Below are positions 56,802-64,000 of a stretch of 64,000 nt of DNA, in pieces. Made by a program: the position numbers and the translations under genes. Each line of letters opens with the position of its first letter. Position 1 is the stretch's first letter. This DNA comes from a virus. Taxonomy: Duplodnaviria; Heunggongvirae; Uroviricota; Caudoviricetes. Under the pieces are notes generated by a model. That model searched no databases and had not been told where the DNA came from. It saw only the letters and a program-made list of their open reading frames with translations. Where the stretch lies: positions 64,001 through 128,000 of IMG/VR virus record IMGVR_UViG_3300033463_000001; one strand, given 5' to 3'.

Positions 56802-56838
56802 GAAAAATCCCCGTCTAGTTGTTAGGCGGGGCTTTTTT
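56802..56838. terminator. bidirectional terminator
   Basis: aaaaa-tccccgtcta...taggcggggc-tttttt between convergent genes. Confidence 0.75.
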
Positions 56839-56840
56839 AT

Positions 56841-57809
56841 TTAGCTAATCCAAATATCGTTTGTTACTAGTGTGTTCAGGTCGAATGCTTGAAGGTCTTC
56901 CTGTTCCTTTTTACCAACCACACTGACAGGCTCCTGTGCCCATGAGTGCTCGTGACTAAAATATGCCTTGCGGAAGCTATCCAAGAATCGAACCAGTTTA
57001 TCACCGTAAGGAAGTTGGTGTAGCGATTTGAACAATTCGTTAATCTCGTCTTTCGACATGAACTCCGGGAATTGCGACGTACCGTTCTGTGTGTAGATGT
57101 TTGCTTTTTCATTCGAGAACAGTACAATTTTTTCAGCGCGCGTGCCAGCTAAACTATTGATACTCGTTACGTTATACGCATCTTCCTCAGACGAAGGAAG
57201 CGGCTTAGAAAGACTTACCACCATTCCGTCTGCAGCGTACTTCAAGAAATCAATAGCCGGAGTAGCTCTGTTCAATGTGACGTTACCAGGCACATTACCA
57301 TTCTGGTCTTTAATACGAATACCGCAACGAAGCATAACCTCATCATCGTGCACAAGAACGTCTTCACCTTTTCGGCCGACAATGGCTTGAGCGTCTTTTC
57401 CTGGGAACGCGCCGTTTGTCAGTTCTCGATGCTTCGTTAATACGCCATCTTTGAGCGGTTCCGAAGACCCATGAGATTTGAGCGCTGATGTAGCACTGCC
57501 TGTATTTGGAATGCCAGTAGCATCTGCATAGTCATCTTTGTAGAAGTTTTGTGGTTGAGAAATGATTGGGCCTACATACCACCTATTTGAGTCGGTATCA
57601 GAAATTTTAGAGTTGATAACAATCACAGCCTCACCTACTTTCGGTATGGATTGAAATACCTTTGGTAGAAGAGGAAAACAATCTAATGCTTTGCTTGTAT
57701 TGGTATGCCTTGTGTCAGAGTGTAGACGTACTTTAATGCGGCCTGCATCCTCATCGTCATCAATGGATACAACATACCCGATTCGTATTACATAATCGTT
57801 TGCCATCAT
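56841..57809 (-). CDS. baseplate spike/hub protein (gp5/gpV OB-fold)
   Basis: VVSIDD...GRIKVR...PLLPK...PKVGEAV; C-terminal HEH. Confidence 0.75.
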   Translation of the reverse strand: MMANDYVIRIGYVVSIDDDEDAGRIKVRLHSDTRHTNTSKALDCFPLLPKVFQSIPKVGEAVIVINSKISDTDSNRWYVGPIISQPQNFYKDDYADATGIPNTGSATSALKSHGSSEPLKDGVLTKHRELTNGAFPGKDAQAIVGRKGEDVLVHDDEVMLRCGIRIKDQNGNVPGNVTLNRATPAIDFLKYAADGMVVSLSKPLPSSEEDAYNVTSINSLAGTRAEKIVLFSNEKANIYTQNGTSQFPEFMSKDEINELFKSLHQLPYGDKLVRFLDSFRKAYFSHEHSWAQEPVSVVGKKEQEDLQAFDLNTLVTNDIWIS

Positions 57810-57991
57810 GCCTTATAAACGTGTCGTTTTTTCAACTCTAATGTAATCATATTGTATGCAGTATCAATATCTTCCATCTCGGAATAGAGTTTTAACATCT
57901 CATCTTTGATAGCTGCGTGCCTCTCTTCGAGATTCTTCATCTCCTGCATCAAGGAGGCGTTATTCATTGACTTATAATCCACCTTTTCCAT
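57806..57991 (-). CDS. small coiled-coil protein
   Basis: Translationally coupled to its neighbours. Confidence 0.65.
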   Translation of the reverse strand: MEKVDYKSMNNASLMQEMKNLEERHAAIKDEMLKLYSEMEDIDTAYNMITLELKKRHVYKA

Positions 57992-58383
57992 TATTGTATC
58001 TGCGCTACTCCATTTGGTATATTAATATTGGTACCGGTAACAACTACAGGTCCTCCAGCGTTGGCGCCACTTGCCGTAATAGCCATTGAACCAGGCCCGA
58101 AAGCAACCTGTACATTTGAATCAAACCGCAATGCCCGATAGAGCTCGTTCACAATACCGGCAACAAGTATGTTTGTCCTATTGTCAGACCCATCAGGGTT
58201 AGCACGAGTCTCTATACCCTTCTCTCCAAGGAACTTGATGATATTAGCCGTAGACACCATCACTGACAGTCCAGGCCGCTTAATAAGCGAACATACCATG
58301 AATAATCCTGGTATTAAGTTCGCAGGCGGTCTGAGCTGCGACATGGCGTTCTTCAAACTATTTAATATGGTTTCTAGCGACAT
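57991..58383 (-). CDS. putative baseplate-associated protein (start revised to MSLETIL)
   Basis: RPGLS motif, GANAGGPV C-terminus. Confidence 0.65.
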   Translation of the reverse strand: MSLETILNSLKNAMSQLRPPANLIPGLFMVCSLIKRPGLSVMVSTANIIKFLGEKGIETRANPDGSDNRTNILVAGIVNELYRALRFDSNVQVAFGPGSMAITASGANAGGPVVVTGTNINIPNGVAQIQ

Positions 58384-58384
58384 A

Positions 58385-60850
58385 TTAACAATTATTATTT
58401 GACGGTTGTGTTTCCTCAGATGACTCAGGAAGAGCATCAATATCAGCGTAATCAACTTTGTCGATTTGACCGTTCTTACTCATACCAATTCTGAATCCAC
58501 ACTGTTCAATAATCTCTTTAATCAACTCAGTAAATACAGCAAGATACTCAGCAATGATTCCAAGCGAGAACATTGCGAATATAGTACCAAGCTTAGCCAT
58601 AATCAACTGGAACAACTCCTCTAAGAACAACACGATAATCTCTTTAGCCATACTGAACAGAAGCATAAAGATACTCTTGAGCATAGCCTTGTAGTTTACG
58701 CTAATTCTTAGATTTGATAGGTCGTTGTAGTTAACCTTTCCGTCGACACTTATAAAATTGCTTCCTCCGGTGAAGTATTGGTTAACCTGCCAAAGCATAG
58801 CAACTTTCGGCGTCATAATGGAGTTCATGACGATTTGCAGGAGTAGTTCAATACAGAATTGCTCGAAGAATCCACTCTGCAGACCATACGTAGTCTCTGC
58901 ATCTGAATACTTAATGGCAACAGACGGCGCAGTCTCAAGCAGGTTGGTAATCTGCTCTTGTTGAACAATCTTGTTAGACGACGAAGCAACGTTCTGCATC
59001 GCCTCTTGTAGAAGCGCGCGGTCGTCATCAGCGAGGAAACCTCCCGATAAGAACTCTGAACCACCACGACGTTTATTCTCAGCCTCTTCTGTTAAGTGTT
59101 TAATCTCATCATTGGAGAATGAGAAGTAGCAATCGTCAGAAGTAGTGTCCGGAGTGTCAATAATCTTACGAACGACCTGGCGTATCTCCGCTTCCATCTC
59201 AGCCTGCTCTGCAGTCAATTTCAAATCGACATTCAGGTTGAAAAGTGACTCCATAATTTTGGCAATCACCACATTTGCGTCAAATAGACGCATACCCATG
59301 ATATAGTCGAAATTAAACTGATATACAGTCATGCCGGCGTAGCATTCGAACATATACGCTACAAGCATCTCGTCAGGGATATTTGATACCTCTCGTGCGC
59401 CTTGATAGCGTGCTAGTTTATACTCAGCTGTTTTAGCGTTGTATTTCAACACTAGCCTATCCTCAGGAGCCGTTGATTCTGGACTTCCATATACCTCTTT
59501 TGTACGATATAACTCATAAACGTAATTGTCGTGGTCTGAGCTATTTTCTAGGAACTTTTGAACCCTTCCATTCACAACACGCGGGTATACGGTGAATCGA
59601 CCACCTTTGAGCATCTTAGTAGGCTCTCCGGCTGCGTTGAAAAGAATGCGCTTTACGTGTGTTAGTTTCTCATGGTATGCCTTATCAAGCGTAACCTCGG
59701 AACCATCCATGCACTGAATCTTGCCTTTCTTTGGAATCAAGATTGGATAGTGGAACTGCGGCTTCGGGAGAATCTTAAAGACATACTCACCATTGTCAAA
59801 CGAAAGTGACAGAATTGGCTTATCCTTCTCGTAATGCCTCTCGGCGTTTTTTAGCGCTATTAGGTTATTCGAGAAAGCATCTTTTATGTTGAAGTACCAG
59901 TTGAATGCCGGTTTGTATTGAGCACTACCGTTACTACTAGCAGGGATTACTTTGAATGCAGTTAATTGCCCTGATTTGTTACGCTCTGTGCCACAGATTA
60001 CAGAGAGTGCGCATGTGTCATTATAACGGACTCCTGTTCCATCGCTGACGCCTAATACCTTGCTGCCTACACCACTAGATACCTTTATATATTCAAGAAG
60101 GTGTGCGTCACGTTGTGTTGTAATATCTTCAATCCTGTCGGCAACAATACAATCTTTCAAATATCCACGGTTCTTAACGAACCACAAATATGCGTTGAAG
60201 TCCGTTGCGCGGGCAAGTTCATACGGTGACGTTGTTTCTTTATCGACACCGAAATACATCTTACTATAGTCAACGAAGTTTAGAAGCTGGTTCCATTCTT
60301 CAAATGGACTATGATTCAGTAAGTTGCTATAATCGATTGATGAAACAGGTATACGCAGGCCGGCTCCGTGGCGAGGTTCTGACTCGAACGAAAATTCACC
60401 CCACTGTAACTCTACTTTAGTTTTCTTTTCTTTGTCGTCTGTATCCTTTTCGTCGTCTCCCTCGAAGAACTTACCATTAACCTTCATTGTAGGTGTACCA
60501 AGCTTGAACGTTTCAATATAGAATAGTTCGCGCAAGTCATCCGGTATGAATGGATTAGTGCTACACGAGATACAAGACATCAAGTTAGATAGCAATACGC
60601 CTTTTACACCTATTTCAAGCGCTGGCATTGCATAGGTTAGGTATTTTGCCAGCCACTCTTTTAAGTCATCAAGTAGACCAAGAGCGTCAACGAGAGCCAA
60701 TAGGTATCCAAGGGGTGTTACCAACTCCAATTGTAGGTTATTGATATCATCCCAAAAAGGAAGAAGCTCAATTGCTTTTTTTATACCTTCAATTGAGCCA
60801 CTAACTTGCCTCCTTAACGCTTCTATTTCACTAAAACCGGCTACTGCCAT
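58385..60850 (-). CDS. large putative structural protein
   Basis: 821 aa, in an operon with the baseplate spike. Confidence 0.7.
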   Translation of the reverse strand: MAVAGFSEIEALRRQVSGSIEGIKKAIELLPFWDDINNLQLELVTPLGYLLALVDALGLLDDLKEWLAKYLTYAMPALEIGVKGVLLSNLMSCISCSTNPFIPDDLRELFYIETFKLGTPTMKVNGKFFEGDDEKDTDDKEKKTKVELQWGEFSFESEPRHGAGLRIPVSSIDYSNLLNHSPFEEWNQLLNFVDYSKMYFGVDKETTSPYELARATDFNAYLWFVKNRGYLKDCIVADRIEDITTQRDAHLLEYIKVSSGVGSKVLGVSDGTGVRYNDTCALSVICGTERNKSGQLTAFKVIPASSNGSAQYKPAFNWYFNIKDAFSNNLIALKNAERHYEKDKPILSLSFDNGEYVFKILPKPQFHYPILIPKKGKIQCMDGSEVTLDKAYHEKLTHVKRILFNAAGEPTKMLKGGRFTVYPRVVNGRVQKFLENSSDHDNYVYELYRTKEVYGSPESTAPEDRLVLKYNAKTAEYKLARYQGAREVSNIPDEMLVAYMFECYAGMTVYQFNFDYIMGMRLFDANVVIAKIMESLFNLNVDLKLTAEQAEMEAEIRQVVRKIIDTPDTTSDDCYFSFSNDEIKHLTEEAENKRRGGSEFLSGGFLADDDRALLQEAMQNVASSSNKIVQQEQITNLLETAPSVAIKYSDAETTYGLQSGFFEQFCIELLLQIVMNSIMTPKVAMLWQVNQYFTGGSNFISVDGKVNYNDLSNLRISVNYKAMLKSIFMLLFSMAKEIIVLFLEELFQLIMAKLGTIFAMFSLGIIAEYLAVFTELIKEIIEQCGFRIGMSKNGQIDKVDYADIDALPESSEETQPSNNNC

Positions 60851-60851
60851 T

Positions 60852-61247
60852 TTACGTTATACTGTATACTTCCTTTTTACTACCGTCGTTTCCTCCGTTG
60901 TCGATAGCATCTCTAATCGCCGTGAAATCGATGCTGCTTGCATTTTGTGAATGCTCACCATTGATAGCCTTTGATACATCACCATTGAACTCAATCACAT
61001 CCTGTAGAACTTTGCAAATATCCAATTTACGACCGATTGCTTTATCTTTAATAACTAGCAAATCGTTCATTGCCTTGTAATATTTGGCTTTCTCATCCAT
61101 CGTGATATCCTTCAAAATAGTAGACGTCGCAAGCTTCGAAATCTCGTCGTTTGCATTCTTAATTTGCGCATTCGCAAGGTCGTAAGACTCCTGCAGAATG
61201 GCCGTCAGTTTTTCTGAAGAATTCAGAACAATCGTTGTCTTTGCCAT
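60852..61247 (-). CDS. conserved helical protein
   Basis: TATTTAT at 61262-61268 upstream; KDKAIGRKLDICK motif. Confidence 0.65.
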   Translation of the reverse strand: MAKTTIVLNSSEKLTAILQESYDLANAQIKNANDEISKLATSTILKDITMDEKAKYYKAMNDLLVIKDKAIGRKLDICKVLQDVIEFNGDVSKAINGEHSQNASSIDFTAIRDAIDNGGNDGSKKEVYSIT

Positions 61248-61268
61248 GATACTCTTTTTCTATAAATA

Positions 61269-61994
61269 TCAGGTTAAAATGTTTTCCCGCAACTGTTCAT
61301 ATAGGGCGTTGTAGCGCTTCATCCCCTTGTGAATTTTGGGTGTAGTCAGGAGCGTGTACTCGCGTATATAATATAGGAATGTCTGGCGGTTGAACTTATT
61401 ACTCTCCTCACCGGAAAGTAATGTTTCCCAGTTCTCCAGGAAACTCAGCAACGCATTACCTGTAACATACTCAACTTCAGTGAGACCAAGCTCTTCACGG
61501 TGGTCGACAATGTTCTTGACACCATTATAAAGTTCAGTCATCAACCTATCAAGTTGCCTTTTGTGCGTTGCACCATCTGTCTCATCGGATGCCATGTCTG
61601 TAAACTCATTCTCACCGAACTCGTTCTCTCCCATGCCATCGTACCAGACATACCTCATTTGGCTTTTATTATACGCGTTAATCCTACCGAGAAGGTAGTT
61701 TTTACACATATTTCCAAAATACGAATATGCTTTATTACCCAATTCAGGCTTAAACTTGTCGGCTTTGGATATAATAAAGGTCATCGCATCATTGAAAGTA
61801 AACTCAAAGTCCTCACCTGGAATATACAACTCATACGTCCTAATTACAGAAGATACCAACTTGACAAAGGCAGGGTAGAGGATTTTGTTAAAAATATCCT
61901 CCCTTTCCTTGCCGGTTGTATTTAAGTATTTCACGAATGCCTCTTCTTCGGCTGTGTGAAAATACCCATTTTCTTTGCTTTTCTTCTTAGGCAT
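61269..61994 (-). CDS. phage sigma factor (T4 gp55-like late sigma)
   Basis: YF...EE.A..YL...; KFKPELGNKAYSYFG..CKNYL region-2-like motif; start revised to MPKKK. Confidence 0.75.
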   Translation of the reverse strand: MPKKKSKENGYFHTAEEEAFVKYLNTTGKEREDIFNKILYPAFVKLVSSVIRTYELYIPGEDFEFTFNDAMTFIISKADKFKPELGNKAYSYFGNMCKNYLLGRINAYNKSQMRYVWYDGMGENEFGENEFTDMASDETDGATHKRQLDRLMTELYNGVKNIVDHREELGLTEVEYVTGNALLSFLENWETLLSGEESNKFNRQTFLYYIREYTLLTTPKIHKGMKRYNALYEQLRENILT

Positions 61995-62004
61995 TACGTA
62001 TGAG

Positions 62005-62805
62005 TTATTCTGTATATTGATATCCGGCGTCTGCCTTTTCCTTATAGGCGGTTTTAGCAATTTTGTACCAGTAGTTTACTTCACCCTCTTTCATGGTGTG
62101 TGAGTAGATATCGAATAACGAGCCTTCTCGATTGATGAAATGGATATAACCATTCTTCGGAAGCACCATGAGTTTTTGGTTGTTCTGCATGGCACGACGC
62201 ATATACTCAAGCCAGAATGTCAACTTGATGGACTCTTTCAGTTTACCAACAGCCTTGAAATCTTCTGTTTTGAATACAGCACCGGTCAGTGTGTAGTTAA
62301 AGAAATGTTCCAAAGACTCCATAGACACAACACCCAACTCCTCTGTAAATCCTTCAGCGAGCGGTGCCTCGTTAGCAAAAGCGATGAACTTAGCTTCTTT
62401 ACCTTTACGCTCTGCGATATCTTCCATCGGGATAAACAGCGATACATCCGGACGGGCATTAGCAAACTCCAAAGCCGACCTAAATGCAATATTTCGCATC
62501 CAACCGTCACGGCGTTCGTTTCCTAACTTATAGACATCATCAAACTCCATGATGGAGAAAAATTCGGTATCGACAGCATCCACAGCCTTGTTAACCAATG
62601 CTGCAAACTCTGAGTTCTCGTTGGTAACTACTTTATCGGCAACCTTACAAAACTCCTCATTTTCAAGTGCTGGTGTAGTTGCGATGATGAGTTTCACAAA
62701 CGGAAGTTCAACGCTAGCTAGCGCACTCTTAATCATCGCATCAATCTCCTCATCATACATGTGTACAGGAAGTATGACGGTAATTTTCTTTTCTTTCTTA
62801 TCCAT
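62005..62805 (-). CDS. GT2-like glycosyltransferase
   Basis: ITVILPVH, N.A...V.TEFFSIMEFDD, NREGSLF. Confidence 0.75.
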   Translation of the reverse strand: MDKKEKKITVILPVHMYDEEIDAMIKSALASVELPFVKLIIATTPALENEEFCKVADKVVTNENSEFAALVNKAVDAVDTEFFSIMEFDDVYKLGNERRDGWMRNIAFRSALEFANARPDVSLFIPMEDIAERKGKEAKFIAFANEAPLAEGFTEELGVVSMESLEHFFNYTLTGAVFKTEDFKAVGKLKESIKLTFWLEYMRRAMQNNQKLMVLPKNGYIHFINREGSLFDIYSHTMKEGEVNYWYKIAKTAYKEKADAGYQYTE

Positions 62806-62806
62806 A

Positions 62807-63016
62807 TTAAAACCAAGGTTCTTCTTCTCTCAAATATTCCGGCTTAACCAGCTCGCGCTCAATAAGGTTTTTAAGCGGCTTCTGGTATGCCTCAAGCAAT
62901 ATACCACCGTTCATTGACACAAAGCCACGGAAGTATTCAATATACGTACCTTCATGGTATGTTACACCATCAACGACGCAATCCTTTGTAAATCTAAATA
63001 AACGTTGCTTATCCAT
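62807..63016 (-). CDS. small hypothetical protein (start revised to MDKQRL)
   Basis: Overlaps the stop of the upstream gene. Confidence 0.6.
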   Translation of the reverse strand: MDKQRLFRFTKDCVVDGVTYHEGTYIEYFRGFVSMNGGILLEAYQKPLKNLIERELVKPEYLREEEPWF

Positions 63017-64000
63017 TTTTCTCCATTTGGTTAATAGCGTTCGATAAATCTGTCCTTCTATCATCAACATACTTCGTGCAAACAGCAACAGCCTCAGCAT
63101 CAAAGTCACGTCCACCTGCAGATGCCGGAAGATATGGTTGAACTGTTTCTTTCATATTGTCGAATAGTTCCTCCGGCAATGAATCGTGCGTCCAGCCGCG
63201 AACAACATTCATAACAACGTCACACAGTTCGCTGTACGTACGGAACCAGATTATACCATCACCCTTATCTTTCTGTACCCAAACAGGCGCATCTTCAGTT
63301 ACCTTTCCAATAACAACGCTGCCACAGGCCATGGCCTCCAGTGCGGTATAGCCAAACCTTGTGTACTCGTCACACCAAATGGTAATTGCAGCCTCTTTCA
63401 GCGCATTTGCGAAATCCTCTTGTAGAATACCACCAATGTTCCTGAATGTAACCCATTTAAACTCCGGATATGCCCAGTAGAACGTCTTAATGATTTTCTT
63501 TGCGTCATCCTCCGGTGCCACGATATTGATGAGTATCTTCTTTGGTTGGTCGATAGGCACAAAACACTCCTTTATGGTAGGAACAAGCGTTTTGATTTTC
63601 GCATATCCAAACCATTTCTTGAGCAGGTCTGCGTTTTGTTGCGTATTCGTAAGTACATCCATAAGACGATAGTCGCCTATTTGTTTTCCAAGCGGCATCA
63701 ATTGACACATAAAGAAAGGATTCTGAGAAATAATGACGCGCTTGCACGGCATTTCCTGCGTACCTTCCATTACGTTGACGAAAATCTCCGGGATGAACAA
63801 GATGTCAGCTGCGCCTACCTTGAGGTCTTGCTTTGTTGTTGAATAATGTTTGAGCTTCGCATATTTCTCGCCAAGCCAATCTTTAACACCAACAAACGAC
63901 TCCTCTTTCTCGTCGTGCATCATCAACACATTCTTACCAGCGTTTTCCAGCGCGAGTGCTATTGTATAGATATACTCAAGCATTCCACTAGGAACACCCT
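63009..64000 (-). CDS. GT4-like glycosyltransferase (5' end beyond the window)
   Basis: FIPEIF, FGYTALEAMACGSVVIG; the frame stays open to the window edge. Confidence 0.75.
   Translation of the reverse strand, partial: GVPSGMLEYIYTIALALENAGKNVLMMHDEKEESFVGVKDWLGEKYAKLKHYSTTKQDLKVGAADILFIPEIFVNVMEGTQEMPCKRVIISQNPFFMCQLMPLGKQIGDYRLMDVLTNTQQNADLLKKWFGYAKIKTLVPTIKECFVPIDQPKKILINIVAPEDDAKKIIKTFYWAYPEFKWVTFRNIGGILQEDFANALKEAAITIWCDEYTRFGYTALEAMACGSVVIGKVTEDAPVWVQKDKGDGIIWFRTYSELCDVVMNVVRGWTHDSLPEELFDNMKETVQPYLPASAGGRDFDAEAVAVCTKYVDDRRTDLSNAINQMEKNG

Noticed and set aside
1-64000. Genome-wide TAG-to-Gln recoding as in Lak phages
   Set aside because: Long structural genes are intact in code 11, and TAG ends several well-packed genes (e.g. 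338, 2377, 4791, 26299, 29146, 40633, 44105); only one internal TAG was seen

Overview
A 64-kb piece of a jumbo T4-like myophage genome in the standard genetic code. Its host is very likely in the Bacteroidota, inferred from TTTG-N20-TAnnTTTG promoters and A-rich, SD-less start contexts. The window has two parts. (1) About 1-9,450 is an early, host-takeover segment of small, mostly minus-strand genes driven by ten host-sigma-type promoters. Eight of these carry the same 20-bp pseudo-palindrome exactly 33 bp upstream of the -33 box. By eye, this segment has no GGCC, AGCT, CTAG or CTNAG sites, and it ends at a C/G-run repeat element followed by a G+T-skewed non-coding gap (about 9,450-10,130). 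(2) About 10,160-64,000 holds middle/late genes: PhoH, a DUF2075 nuclease-helicase, exonuclease, amidase, thioredoxin, Dps-like protein, Clp ATPase, KTSC protein and a nucleotidyltransferase. It also holds the head module (terminase, portal, prohead protease, scaffold, major capsid protein) with a galactofuranose glycosylation cluster inside it, a Hef-like endonuclease, a baseplate spike gene, a gp55-like sigma factor and further glycosyltransferases. Late genes follow a TATTTAT motif, and a third motif (GGACTATATTAG) precedes several non-structural genes. Many unrelated late proteins share a short amphipathic segment ending in [ILV]-x-E, a candidate head-packaging and protease-cleavage tag. 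All calls come from motif reading by eye; no database search was run.
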